Source: a virus. Taken from it: DNA of 64,000 nucleotides. Position 1 is the first letter of the stretch. Each line of letters opens with the position of its first letter. The DNA is taken from IMG/VR virus record IMGVR_UViG_3300025096_000008, positions 23,183-87,182 of that record; one strand, given 5' to 3'. A program made the translations under genes and the position numbers. Positions 1-9,879 of this stretch are shown here, piece after piece. Under the pieces are notes generated by a model that worked only from the letters and a program-made list of their open reading frames with translations, did not search any database and had not been told where the DNA came from.

Positions 1-1
1 C

Positions 2-172
2 AAAAAACAGGTAGATAATGATTCTGATCTCCTCTTTAGGGTAAAGAAGAGAGTAACACAAAAAGACGAGGACATAAAAGTAGGTTTTGGAGTATACTCA
101 ACGGAATATGACAAGAACTACATCTATATTGTTTCTCAAACAAAGATAATTCAAGGAGTAAACTATGGTTAA
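2..172 (+). CDS. 3' end of a hypothetical protein running in from the left edge
   Basis: Open frame 2..172 (KKQVDND...QGVNYG*) overlapping the next start codon. Confidence 0.6.
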   Translation, partial: KKQVDNDSDLLFRVKKRVTQKDEDIKVGFGVYSTEYDKNYIYIVSQTKIIQGVNYG

Positions 173-440
173 AATTTTTACAGGCTCTTTTAAGAAGAAG
201 AACGACGACATTCGGACTATGATTTTTGTAAAGCTGGAAGATCTCCCTTCCAGCTTTTTAAGTTCCAAGATCAAGGATGGATCATCTCAGCGAAAAGTAC
301 CAGAAGGGCAAGAGCTCGTATGGGATGTTTCCGAGTCTGCTTTCCGGACATTCAACTGGAACTCAGCACTGGGAGAAGTAGATGTGAAACTACTGGAAGG
401 AAAGGAAAAAGAAAATTTTGAGAAAAAGCACTTGACATAA
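165..440 (+). CDS. SH3 beta-barrel (WYL_2/DUF2693-like) phage protein
   Basis: FKKKNDDIRTM...VWDVSESAFRTFNW pattern; AGGAG RBS. Confidence 0.6.
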   Translation: MVKIFTGSFKKKNDDIRTMIFVKLEDLPSSFLSSKIKDGSSQRKVPEGQELVWDVSESAFRTFNWNSALGEVDVKLLEGKEKENFEKKHLT

Positions 441-460
441 GAAAAGTGATCTGATATAAT
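432..460 (+). promoter_or_regulatory. sigma70-type promoter with TGATCT in the spacer
   Basis: TTGACA-17bp-TATAAT upstream of the SSB gene. Confidence 0.85.
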
Positions 461-491
461 AGTGTCTAACAAAAAGTAAAAGGAGTCATAA

Positions 492-1244
492 ATGACAATT
501 GATATGAAAAAAATGAGAGAAAAGTACAGCACCCTCAAAAACCGAGGTCAGGGTGGTGGTAGTCAGTTCTGGAAACCTTCCGAGGGTTCACAGACTGTAC
601 GGATTGTTCCGACTGAAGACGGAGATCCTTTCAAGAGCTTTTCTTTCCATTATGGTGTCGGCAAAGAGGGAGGCTTCCTATGTCCAAAGAATAATTTTGG
701 AGAGGACTGCCCAGTATGTGGCTTTGTTCGTGGTCTTTACCAAGAAGGCGATGAAGAGAGCAAAGCTATGGCACGACAGCTCGGTGTTAAATCTCGATTC
801 TTCTCTCCCGTCCTTGTTCGAGGGGAAGAGGAGCTTGGAGTCCGTCTATGGGGTTTTTCCAAGACGGTATATGAAACTCTCCTGGGTCTTGTGCTGAATC
901 CGGACTACGGGGATATTACGGATATTGAAACTGGTATCGATCTGGATCTACATTACGGTAAGCCACCTGGAGGTCAATTTCCTATGACCAAGGTGACACC
1001 AAAGCGACGTTCTAGCCGCCTTTGCAGCGATAAGATTAGCGAAGAGCAGTGTGAAGGTCTTTTGGGTACTGTACCAGATTTTGAATCTCTCTTTGAGAAA
1101 AAGACGACTGTCGAAGTCCAAGGATTCTTGGACACTCACTTGACAGCCGACAATCCAGAGGAGTTTTCCAGTGAAGTGGAAAAATATCCTGGAAAAAGTG
1201 TGAACAAGGTTGATAGTGCCCTTGACGAATTGATGACTCGTTAG
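492..1244 (+). CDS. T4 gp32-like single-stranded DNA-binding protein
   Basis: FWKP..G...VRIVP, H..C..CPVC zinc site, DITD...G.D, acidic tail; lies next to the recombinase. Confidence 0.85.
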   Translation: MTIDMKKMREKYSTLKNRGQGGGSQFWKPSEGSQTVRIVPTEDGDPFKSFSFHYGVGKEGGFLCPKNNFGEDCPVCGFVRGLYQEGDEESKAMARQLGVKSRFFSPVLVRGEEELGVRLWGFSKTVYETLLGLVLNPDYGDITDIETGIDLDLHYGKPPGGQFPMTKVTPKRRSSRLCSDKISEEQCEGLLGTVPDFESLFEKKTTVEVQGFLDTHLTADNPEEFSSEVEKYPGKSVNKVDSALDELMTR

Positions 1245-1262
1245 ACATCACACACCCACGGG

Positions 1263-1293
1263 GAGGCACAGGGTTAACGGGTGCCTCTTTTTT
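1263..1293 (+). terminator. Rho-independent terminator
   Basis: GAGGCAC-loop-GTGCCTC followed by a T run. Confidence 0.75.
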
Positions 1294-1316
1294 TACTTTA
1301 TTTACGGAGTTGTGCT

Positions 1317-2441
1317 ATGGCGAGAAGTTTGAAACATAAAAAAGGTTCTTTGAACATCGATGAACTTAGGAAAAAGATCAATAAAAAGGCTGGCATGAAT
1401 GTAGCACACGATCTTACGACAGATAATCCAACTGAAGTCAAAGACTGGATTCCCACAGGCTCCACATGGCTAAATAGTGTCATTTGCCGAGGAAAGACTG
1501 CTGGTATCCCGGTAGGAAAGATATCAGAGATAGCAGGATTAGAAGCCTCCGGAAAGAGCTACATGGCAGCCCAGACAGCAGCCAATGCCCAGAAAATGGG
1601 AATCAATGTGGTATACTTCGACTCAGAATCATCCATCGATCCTACTTTTCTTAGCAAAAGCGGTCTGAATGTCGATGAAGTTCTGTATGTCCAGGCAAGC
1701 TCTGTTGAGTTTGTGCTGGAGACGATTGAGGAGCTCTTGAATTCGACGGAAGATAAGATGCTGTTTATTTGGGACAGTCTCGCCTTGACACCAGCGGTAA
1801 GTGATGTAGAGGGAACATTTAACCCTAACGAATCGGTAGCTGTCAAGGCTCGTGTATTGGCTAAGGGAATGTCCAAACTAATAGTATCGCTAGCCAACTC
1901 ACAGTCTACCCTTTTGGTATTAAATCAGCTCAAGACAAATCTCCAAGTAGCGAACCCGAAGTACGCGACGGATAGTGAAAAATATACCACTCCTGGAGGC
2001 AAGTCGATGATGTATGCCTACAGTTTGAGAATTTGGCTGACTGGCAAGCGAGGCAAGAAGAGCATCATTGCCGACGACAAGGGTTTTGTCGTCGGCAATG
2101 AAGTCAAGGCTCGATTGGAAAAGTCTCGATTTGGAACAGCCGGCAGAATATGTAATTTCAAGATTATGTGGGGTAATGACATCGGGGTGAGGGATGACGA
2201 GAGTTTATTTGAGGCTATACAGTCTTCGGACCAGTTGATAAACTCGGGTCCATGGTGGACTCTCAAATATGGTGATGGATCTGAACAGAAATTCCAAGCC
2301 GCCAAGTGGGGCGAATTCATGCTGGATTCAAAATTCCGAGATAGAGTCTTGCGGCTTGTGGACGAAGAGGTCGTCCTGAAGTTTGATAATAGGGATGTAG
2401 ATGCCCAACACTTTTACGATGAAGCAGAAGCAGAGGTATAG
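1317..2441 (+). CDS. uvsX: RecA/UvsX-like recombinase
   Basis: IPTGS, Walker A GLEASGKS, YFDSE, IWDS, NQL, TTPGGK; ATG 1317 follows GGAG. Confidence 0.92.
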   Translation: MARSLKHKKGSLNIDELRKKINKKAGMNVAHDLTTDNPTEVKDWIPTGSTWLNSVICRGKTAGIPVGKISEIAGLEASGKSYMAAQTAANAQKMGINVVYFDSESSIDPTFLSKSGLNVDEVLYVQASSVEFVLETIEELLNSTEDKMLFIWDSLALTPAVSDVEGTFNPNESVAVKARVLAKGMSKLIVSLANSQSTLLVLNQLKTNLQVANPKYATDSEKYTTPGGKSMMYAYSLRIWLTGKRGKKSIIADDKGFVVGNEVKARLEKSRFGTAGRICNFKIMWGNDIGVRDDESLFEAIQSSDQLINSGPWWTLKYGDGSEQKFQAAKWGEFMLDSKFRDRVLRLVDEEVVLKFDNRDVDAQHFYDEAEAEV

Positions 2442-2443
2442 AA

Positions 2444-3052
2444 ATGAAAATGTTAAAGCAAGATAAATACTGGGGGAGCACTAGTGATATCCGCCTAGAC
2501 GACAGCAGCTCGAACGAGAATGAGGTATCTTCCTTAAACAACAGGATCTATTTCTACTCAGAAGTAACTCGACCGGAATGTCTGGCACTAAACAAAAACA
2601 TCCAGACCCTATCTGATGCTATGTGCACAAATGGTCATAACTACAATATTCCAGTTCCCCCAATCCGGTTACATATCAGTTCCTATGGAGGCTCTGTCTT
2701 CGCCGGACTTTCATCGGTGGATTATATAATGGCTTCCAAGGCACCGATCCACTCGGTAGTAGAGGGATGTGCAGCATCAGCAGCAACACTGATGAGTGTC
2801 GTGGCTGAAAAGCGATACATCCATAAGAATTCATTTATGCTCATTCATCAGCTATCTTCTGGTATGTGGGGCAAATTTGAAGAGCTCAAGGACAGCATGG
2901 AGAATTGTGAGATTTTGATGCAGACCATCAGGGAGATCTACAACAAACACACTAACATTCCAAAAAAGAAGCTTGACGAGATTCTCAAGCACGATTTGTG
3001 GTTCGATGCTGACACTTGTCTAAAGTATGGCTTAGTTGACGAAATTATTTGA
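2444..3052 (+). CDS. clpP: ClpP-like protease
   Basis: ISSYGGSV, AASAAT (Ser), MLIHQ (His), HDLWF, YGLVDEI. Confidence 0.88.
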   Translation: MKMLKQDKYWGSTSDIRLDDSSSNENEVSSLNNRIYFYSEVTRPECLALNKNIQTLSDAMCTNGHNYNIPVPPIRLHISSYGGSVFAGLSSVDYIMASKAPIHSVVEGCAASAATLMSVVAEKRYIHKNSFMLIHQLSSGMWGKFEELKDSMENCEILMQTIREIYNKHTNIPKKKLDEILKHDLWFDADTCLKYGLVDEII

Positions 3053-3064
3053 GCTGATTCGTAG

Positions 3065-3241
3065 ATGAAAAAACCGAAAATAGAAACTCTCAAAGAAACA
3101 GTCAAGATATCTATAGATGCGATAGAGAACCTTCTTGACGAAATATTTCTCCTGAGAGAAGAGAATGAAAAGATAAAGAAGAAGCTGAAGTCTGTTAGGG
3201 CGAAGCTTAAGCGATTGGTATCTGAGAATGGGCGAAAATAA
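3065..3241 (+). CDS. small coiled-coil protein (58 aa, absent from the ORF track)
   Basis: MKKPKIETLKE...LREENEKIKKKLK fills the gap and overlaps the next start. Confidence 0.6.
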   Translation: MKKPKIETLKETVKISIDAIENLLDEIFLLREENEKIKKKLKSVRAKLKRLVSENGRK

Positions 3242-4214
3242 GAAAAGAATAATGATAGTTGATGGTCACAATGCTTTTATTAGGCACTATATTGTGAACC
3301 CAACTATCTCCTCCAACGGTCAGCCCATCGGAGGTTTAGTAGGCTTCCTCCAGGGACTACAGAAGCTAGCAAGAACGATAAAACCAGATCTGATATCTGT
3401 TGTGTGGGACGGAGAAAACGGCAGCCGCCGCCGTCGAAGCATCGTCAAGGGGTACAAGGAAGGCAGGAAGCCAGTTCGGCTCAATCGATTTATAAGAAAC
3501 CTGCCTGAGAATGAAGAGTCAAAAAATCTCATCTGGCAGCAGGTCAGAGTGCTTGAATACCTAAATGAGACCCCCGTGATTCAGTTTATGTTCCCAGAAA
3601 CAGAGGCAGATGACACCGTAGCATATGTGAGTCAACTCCCTCAGCTTAGTGACTGGCACAAAGTGATAGTATCCAGCGACAAGGATTTCTTCCAACTATG
3701 TGGTGATTCGACAATCTTATATCGTCCCATACAGGACGAGGTTGTGAACAAGAATTCTATTTTGGAAAAATTCAGCATCCACCCCGATAACTTTGCCCTC
3801 GCTAGGGCAATCTCTGGGGATAAATCAGACAACCTTCCTGGTGTGCCGAGAGTTGGAATTCCGACTGTGGCAAAACGACTCCCATTCCTGTCGGAGGACA
3901 AGGAATATCTGGTAGCTGATATAGAGAAATATTGTGAAGAGAGAGAGGAAGAAAAGGTTAAGTTTTATAGAGATGTTTTGGAGAATATTGATATCGTAAA
4001 AATCAATTACAAGATGATGCAACTCTATTCACCATCCCTCTCAACTCAGACAACTAGAAAAATAAGGGAAACATTTGACGAGTACATTCCCCTGTTTAAT
4101 AAGACGGGAATGGTAAAGCTTCTGTTTGAAGACGGCTGCCCTCAAATCAACCTCGACAATCTCTTTGCCCTATTTCAGAGAACTGTTTATGAACTAAAGA
4201 AACAAACCTCTTGA
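3228..4214 (+). CDS. 5'-3' exonuclease / flap endonuclease (PolI N-terminal, T4 RNase H-like)
   Basis: IVDGHN, WDG, YKEGR, EADD, SSDKDF, GDKSDNLPGV. Confidence 0.92.
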   Translation: MGENKKRIMIVDGHNAFIRHYIVNPTISSNGQPIGGLVGFLQGLQKLARTIKPDLISVVWDGENGSRRRRSIVKGYKEGRKPVRLNRFIRNLPENEESKNLIWQQVRVLEYLNETPVIQFMFPETEADDTVAYVSQLPQLSDWHKVIVSSDKDFFQLCGDSTILYRPIQDEVVNKNSILEKFSIHPDNFALARAISGDKSDNLPGVPRVGIPTVAKRLPFLSEDKEYLVADIEKYCEEREEEKVKFYRDVLENIDIVKINYKMMQLYSPSLSTQTTRKIRETFDEYIPLFNKTGMVKLLFEDGCPQINLDNLFALFQRTVYELKKQTS

Positions 4215-4239
4215 CTTTCGAAAGAAAAAAAGGTATACT
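4211..4239 (+). promoter_or_regulatory. sigma70-type promoter
   Basis: TTGACT-17-TATACT. Confidence 0.75.
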
Positions 4240-4260
4240 ATATACCTGGGAGAAAAATAC

Positions 4261-5616
4261 ATGGAATTAGACAACGATTCGACTTTTGGCTCTTTCGGAA
4301 AAGGATTCCAAGAATCCCTAGCAAAGATGATTCTAGATGATTCTCGCTTTTCGACACAGATTGGCGAAGTGCTTAACATAAATTTCTTTGAATTAAAGTA
4401 TCTTCAAAATTTTGTAGATAAAGTTTATCTGTATAAAGAGAAATACAAGAAGCACCCATCGAGAGACACGTTCGAGAGCATTCTCAAAAGCGAAACTTCC
4501 TCTGGGAACGAAGCCGTTAGAAAGCAGGTTCGGGATTTTTATGTCCGAATCGCCAGCGGAAACTTCTCTAATGTTGATGAAGAGTATGTCCAGGATAAAT
4601 CCCTTGACTTCTGTCGGAAGCAAAAGCTCCAAGAAGCTATGCTCAAAAGTGTGAAGCTCATGCAAAAGTCTTCCTTCGACGAAGTTAGCAAGATCATCAA
4701 TGATGCTCTCAAGCTAGGTGTCGATAACGATACTGGGTATGATTTCATAAAAGATTTTGAGGCAAGGTACGAACTCAGATCCAGGCATCCAATTGCAACT
4801 GGCTGGGGAGAACTAGATAGAATCACTGGCGGAGGTATGGGAAAGGGAGAACTCGGAGTCGTTATAGCTCCCACTGGTGTAGGTAAAAGCATGGTGCTAG
4901 CTCACTTGGGCGCCATGGCACTGAAGAACGGAGTAAATGTTGTCCACTATACACTAGAGCTTCAGGACATGACAATTGGGAATAGATATGATAGTTGCCT
5001 GACTGGAATCCCCATCAACGAACTTCGTCACAGTAAAGAAGATGTATTCGAGGAGATCAAGGAACTGCCAGGAAAGCTTTTGATCAAAGAATACCCAACG
5101 AAGTCGGCTACCACCCAGACTCTCAGGACTCACCTGGAGAAGCTCCGAAACCGAGATTTCAAGCCTGGAATGATCGTTGTTGACTATGGCGACATTTTGA
5201 AGCCTATTTCACACTCGAAGGAGAAAAGGGAAGAGCTCGAAACTATTTATGAAGAGTTGAGGGCAATCGCTCATGAATTCGAGTGCCCCGTCTGGACAGC
5301 GTCTCAAACGAACAGGAGTGGGATAAATGCTGAAGTCATTACAATGGAATCTATTAGTGAAGCATTCTCGAAATGTTTCGTGGCTGATTTTATTTTCTCA
5401 GTATCAAGAACTGGTGCTGACAAGATGAACAATACGGGGAGGGTTTATATAGCCAAAAATAGGAATGGTATTGACGGTGTAGTGTTTCCAATTTTTATGG
5501 ACCCAGGAAATGTCTCGATAAAGGTATTTCCACAAGACGAGCACTCGGCAGAGGTTTTGTCGGGTCCACAGAAGGTATATAAGATGCTCAGGGATGAAAC
5601 AAGAAAAGAAGATTAG
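4261..5616 (+). CDS. DnaB/gp41-like replicative helicase
   Basis: APTGVGKS, YTLE, IVVDYGD, WTASQTNR, IAKNRNG. Confidence 0.92.
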   Translation: MELDNDSTFGSFGKGFQESLAKMILDDSRFSTQIGEVLNINFFELKYLQNFVDKVYLYKEKYKKHPSRDTFESILKSETSSGNEAVRKQVRDFYVRIASGNFSNVDEEYVQDKSLDFCRKQKLQEAMLKSVKLMQKSSFDEVSKIINDALKLGVDNDTGYDFIKDFEARYELRSRHPIATGWGELDRITGGGMGKGELGVVIAPTGVGKSMVLAHLGAMALKNGVNVVHYTLELQDMTIGNRYDSCLTGIPINELRHSKEDVFEEIKELPGKLLIKEYPTKSATTQTLRTHLEKLRNRDFKPGMIVVDYGDILKPISHSKEKREELETIYEELRAIAHEFECPVWTASQTNRSGINAEVITMESISEAFSKCFVADFIFSVSRTGADKMNNTGRVYIAKNRNGIDGVVFPIFMDPGNVSIKVFPQDEHSAEVLSGPQKVYKMLRDETRKED

Positions 5617-5647
5617 TAAATAAAGACCAACAAATAGGAGAGAGAAA

Positions 5648-7504
5648 ATGGAATTAGCAAGTGAGATTTTGAGCAATATTACCGTTCACATGAAATATGC
5701 TCGGTACTTAGAGGATAAAAAGAGAAGGGAAACTTGGGATGAGCTAGTCACTAGGAACAAGCATATGCACCAGAAAAAGTATCCTCACCTCTATGATGAT
5801 ATAGAAGAAGCTTACAAGCTAGTTCACGACAAGAAGGTGTTGCCTTCTATGAGGTCGCTACAGTTCAGCGGCAAGCCTATTGAGATTTCGCCTAACCGAA
5901 TCTATAACTGTGCTTATTTACCGGTAGATGATTGGCGAGCATTTGGGGAGATCTTGTTTCTCCTCCTCGGCGGAACGGGAGTAGGGTATAGTGTACAATC
6001 CCATCATGTAGAAGAGCTCCCAGAGATTAAAAAGCCAAATCCAGGCAAAATAAAGAGATACCTAGTTAGCGATAGCATTGAGGGCTGGGCTGACTCCGTG
6101 AAAGTTCTTATGAAGTCTTACTTTCGAGGAACTGCCACCTTAGATTTCGATTTCAGTGACATTCGCCCCAAAGGCTCCCAACTGATTACCAGTGGCGGCA
6201 AGGCACCTGGACCAGAGCCACTCAAAAACTGCTTGAGACACATCAAAAGTATCTTGAATGAAAAGTCTGACGGAGATCAGCTTCGACCGATTGAGGTTCA
6301 CGATATCGTTTGCTATATTGCTGATGCCGTATTGGCAGGCGGCATCCGTCGAGCAGCTTTGATATCCCTGTTCTCTGCAGATGATGACGAGATGATAGCT
6401 AGCAAATACGGCAACTGGTATGAGCTCAATCCACAACGAGGGAGAGCAAACAATAGTGCTGTTCTTTTACGACACAAGGTGGACGAAGAGTTCTTTTTCC
6501 AGTTGTGGGAGAAGATAAAGTTAAGCAACTCGGGCGAGCCGGGGATATACTTTTCTAACGATAAAGATTATGGCACCAACCCGTGCTGTGAAATTGCACT
6601 AAGACCGTTTCAGTTCTGTAACTTGTGTGAGGTTAATGCTTCAACGGTAGAGGGGCAGGAAGACTTGGAAGCTAGGATTCGTGCTGCTACCCTTATCGGC
6701 ACCCTACAGGCAGGATATACTAACTTTCATTATTTAAGATCTGTATGGCAACGAACCACCGAGAGAGAGGCTCTTCTGGGCATTAGTCTGACCGGCATTG
6801 CTTCGAATAAGATACAAGACTTGGATGTGAAGGCAGCAGCAAAAGCGGCACGACAAAAGAACAAAGAGGTGTCGTCATTGATTGGAATCAAGAGTGCCGC
6901 CAGGGTCACCACCATCAAGCCAGCGGGAACAACTTCGCTAGCACTTGGTTGTAGTTCTGGGATCCATGCTTGGCATAGCCAGCATTATATTCGCCGGATA
7001 AGAGTAGGAAAAAACGAGCCAATATATGGATATCTACTAAAGAACCATCCAGAGCTTGTTGAGGATGAGTATTTTCGACCTCACGACACAGCCGTCATCT
7101 CAGTCCCACAGAAGGCACCAGAAGGAGCAACATTGAGGGACGAGAGTGCCCTAGATCTCCTCCAGAGGATCAAGTGGTTTTCCAAAAATTGGATAAAGCC
7201 GGGACACTCTAAAGGACAAAACACCCATAATATCTCTGCTACAATATCGATCAAAGATAACGAATGGGAAACCGTCGGTCGCTGGATGTGGGACAACCGA
7301 GGATGCTACAACGGGATTTCTTGCTTGCCGTATGATGGAGGTTCTTATGTTCAAGAGCCGTTCGAAGAATGTTCGGAGGAAACCTACGAGGAGATGATGA
7401 AGCATCTTAAGGATGTTGATCTCACTCAGATCAGTGAAACGGAAGACAATACTGATCTCAAAGGTGAGCTAGCATGTGCCGGCGGAAGCTGTGAGATAAA
7501 ATAA
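5648..7504 (+). CDS. nrdJ: class II (adenosylcobalamin-dependent) ribonucleotide reductase
   Basis: YNC, GTGVG, RRAALI, TNPCCEI, FCNL, TIKPAGT, C-terminal CAGGSCEI; no beta subunit nearby. Confidence 0.9.
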   Translation: MELASEILSNITVHMKYARYLEDKKRRETWDELVTRNKHMHQKKYPHLYDDIEEAYKLVHDKKVLPSMRSLQFSGKPIEISPNRIYNCAYLPVDDWRAFGEILFLLLGGTGVGYSVQSHHVEELPEIKKPNPGKIKRYLVSDSIEGWADSVKVLMKSYFRGTATLDFDFSDIRPKGSQLITSGGKAPGPEPLKNCLRHIKSILNEKSDGDQLRPIEVHDIVCYIADAVLAGGIRRAALISLFSADDDEMIASKYGNWYELNPQRGRANNSAVLLRHKVDEEFFFQLWEKIKLSNSGEPGIYFSNDKDYGTNPCCEIALRPFQFCNLCEVNASTVEGQEDLEARIRAATLIGTLQAGYTNFHYLRSVWQRTTEREALLGISLTGIASNKIQDLDVKAAAKAARQKNKEVSSLIGIKSAARVTTIKPAGTTSLALGCSSGIHAWHSQHYIRRIRVGKNEPIYGYLLKNHPELVEDEYFRPHDTAVISVPQKAPEGATLRDESALDLLQRIKWFSKNWIKPGHSKGQNTHNISATISIKDNEWETVGRWMWDNRGCYNGISCLPYDGGSYVQEPFEECSEETYEEMMKHLKDVDLTQISETEDNTDLKGELACAGGSCEIK

Positions 7505-7507
7505 AGC

Positions 7508-7536
7508 TTGACACGGCAAAAAGAGTATGCTATACT
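7508..7536 (+). promoter_or_regulatory. sigma70-type promoter
   Basis: TTGACA-17-TATACT with extended TG. Confidence 0.85.
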
Positions 7537-7562
7537 TAGACAATAAACAAAAAGGAGGCTAT

Positions 7563-7841
7563 ATGTCTAATGGTAATTTGAAGGTAGTTGATGGTGGAAA
7601 TGACGTGGAGAAGGAGAACAGAATTGTCGATTACATTAAATCACTTTCTGCCTTGGAAACCGAAATGGAGCCATATAAGGAACAGAAGCGAGATCTAAAA
7701 CAAAACTATGTGGAGAACGGATGGCTCTCCAAGGAAGAGATCTCTGCCGCTGTTAAAGCTTATCGACTGATGAAGTCGGAAGTTGATCTTGAGCAAATGA
7801 GAGATTTCTTTGAGCTCTATTCTAAGACGAAGGTGTGCTGA
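7563..7841 (+). CDS. small helical DNA-binding protein (T4 DsbA/GapR-like)
   Basis: YIKSLSALETEM...KRDLK....G....I..AVK pattern; AGGAGG RBS. Confidence 0.5.
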   Translation: MSNGNLKVVDGGNDVEKENRIVDYIKSLSALETEMEPYKEQKRDLKQNYVENGWLSKEEISAAVKAYRLMKSEVDLEQMRDFFELYSKTKVC

Positions 7842-8116
7842 TGAAATATTCCCCCTTCAATAGGCATTTGATGCTAGAGGAGTGTGAAGTCAATGAGGAG
7901 ACTCCTATTTCGAAGGTACTGGTACCGGACGACTATAAAGCTGTTAAAGATTTTGGCACTTATAGGGTTGTGGGCAAGTCTATGGACAGCTCTCCAGTAT
8001 TTGCCGTTAATTCTAGAGTTATTGTAGAAGAGTCTATGGTAAGGTCAGTAAGTTTAGGCGACAAAAAGATATTCATAATCCCAGAGAACTTTGTTGTTCT
8101 TTATGAAAATGAATGA
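7841..8116 (+). CDS. GroES-like co-chaperonin 1
   Basis: SPFNRHLML, mobile-loop-like KVLVPD, C-terminal FIIPENFVV; about 91 aa. Confidence 0.7.
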   Translation: MKYSPFNRHLMLEECEVNEETPISKVLVPDDYKAVKDFGTYRVVGKSMDSSPVFAVNSRVIVEESMVRSVSLGDKKIFIIPENFVVLYENE

Positions 8117-8913
8117 AGAATAAAATATACCAATATGATAGAATAATAATTGGGGGATCCTTGGCATCGTTGTTATGTGGGTATTGTTATAATATTCCCG
8201 TAATCTATACGATGCCGAGGATACCTTTATTTTTTGAGACTGATGAGCGACTAGGCAGCAAGAGTCAGCTATGGAGAGAGTTGTCCGCAACCATGTCTCT
8301 GTCTGGCTTGCTCCCGATGGAAAACAAGACTCAAAGCATCCGAATTGAGGACGGCACCCTCAAAGCCTTTACAGAAGATCCGGTATACGGTCATTTCGCC
8401 TTTGATGATATCATTGTCTTTGACGACACCGAGATTCATGGCTGGGATGGGAAGATTGAAAAAGAAAAGAAGCTTATGGTGCTTGACTGGATGAACGATA
8501 GAGGGAGCTCCCCTCACGATATAGACTTCCTCGAAACTCCAGATGACTTTGTGAGAGATGTTCACTTTTATTTGTCTGATAGGATTTTCGGAAACCCACA
8601 GAAGAAGAAAGACATTCTTTCTATCTCGTGGCTAACAGAGCAGCAGATCAGGAGTGTGGAATACACCGACACTTATGCCAGGTTCAAGGTATTGGAAATG
8701 ATGACGGATGCTGGAATCAAAGGAAGAAAGAACGGCATAGATAAGAAGACTGGCAGAGAAAAGAACCTCTCTATAAAGTTAGAGACAGCCAGCAGAGATG
8801 TCCTTCCTGTATTTAGAGAGCCATTCTCCGAGGAGCAGCTTTTGAGGCTATACGAGAAAGAACCCTCCCAGAACAAATATATCAGGACACTAAGAAAGTA
8901 TCTGAATGGATGA
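8113..8913 (+). CDS. hypothetical protein with a degenerate Rossmann-type N-terminus
   Basis: YDRIIIGGSLASL resembles a dinucleotide-binding beta-alpha start. Confidence 0.45.
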   Translation: MKNKIYQYDRIIIGGSLASLLCGYCYNIPVIYTMPRIPLFFETDERLGSKSQLWRELSATMSLSGLLPMENKTQSIRIEDGTLKAFTEDPVYGHFAFDDIIVFDDTEIHGWDGKIEKEKKLMVLDWMNDRGSSPHDIDFLETPDDFVRDVHFYLSDRIFGNPQKKKDILSISWLTEQQIRSVEYTDTYARFKVLEMMTDAGIKGRKNGIDKKTGREKNLSIKLETASRDVLPVFREPFSEEQLLRLYEKEPSQNKYIRTLRKYLNG

Positions 8914-9850
8914 GATCAAGCCAATTGGCGACACAACATACTTTACCTTAGCGGGGATCATTCCCGTCGCTGGGGAGAAGCTGGATTTTGGCTTCCCGTG
9001 GCACGACTCCTTGATGCCCATTGGAAAGGATTATCTTGCTGTAGAACGAAGTGTCTATGAGTGTGCCATGGCTGGCTGTGAGAGTATCTGGATAGTGTGC
9101 CATCGAGAGATGCAGCCCCTAATAAGACATCGGATAGGAGATTGGATTGTTGATCCGGTTTGGACAGCAGCAAACAGAAGGAAGTTTTCATTCTTTGGCG
9201 GAGGCAAGCAGCACGAAAAGACGATACCCATCTTCTATGTCCCCATCCACCCAAAGGACAGAGACAAGCGAGACTGCTTGGCTTGGAGCGTCATCTACGG
9301 TTCGATGAGAGCATTCTCCGTATCTAAGATCATAAGTAAGTGGACTGTCCCAGACAAATACTATGTTTCTTTTCCGTATGGAGTTCACAGTGTCCGAAGC
9401 CTTAGAAAACATAGGAAGGCTATATCCGACCAGAAGAAGAAGTTTTACATCTCTCACAACGGCAAGACGGTCAAGGATGGAGAGTATCTGTCTTTCACAT
9501 TTGATGTGGAGGACTGGAAGAATTTCCGGAGGATAATAAGAAGCGAAGGCACCGGCATCTATGAGCCAGGATCTTATTTTGATGATGAGGAGAAGACTCT
9601 CAAGGGAGACAAGCTTCCGCCAGAGGAACGATACAGTGCCCGCCACTTCCCGCTAGAGAAAGTATTTGGGCAGCTAGACACGACAGGTCACACCATTATG
9701 GAAACAGACAGGTATTTCAACATCGGGAGTTGGGAGAACTATTGTACATATATGGCTGACGAATATTCAAAATATGTAATAAAACCAAAAATGATACTTA
9801 AATATCACGAACACAATCCTTTCGGCGAGGATACAAAAGAAGAAGTTTAG
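8906..9850 (+). CDS. sugar-phosphate nucleotidyltransferase-like (GT-A fold) protein
   Basis: GIIPVAG...SLMPIG, AGCESIWIV, YFNIGSWENY. Confidence 0.55.
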   Translation: MDEIKPIGDTTYFTLAGIIPVAGEKLDFGFPWHDSLMPIGKDYLAVERSVYECAMAGCESIWIVCHREMQPLIRHRIGDWIVDPVWTAANRRKFSFFGGGKQHEKTIPIFYVPIHPKDRDKRDCLAWSVIYGSMRAFSVSKIISKWTVPDKYYVSFPYGVHSVRSLRKHRKAISDQKKKFYISHNGKTVKDGEYLSFTFDVEDWKNFRRIIRSEGTGIYEPGSYFDDEEKTLKGDKLPPEERYSARHFPLEKVFGQLDTTGHTIMETDRYFNIGSWENYCTYMADEYSKYVIKPKMILKYHEHNPFGEDTKEEV

Positions 9851-9851
9851 G

Positions 9852-9860
9852 ACTACTTAT
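9852..9860 (+). promoter_or_regulatory. ACTA(T/C)TTAT putative late promoter
   Basis: Recurs at more than 12 intergenic sites; here upstream of the tagged 9880 gene. Confidence 0.6.
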
Positions 9861-9879
9861 TAGGACTAAGGGAGAGAAA

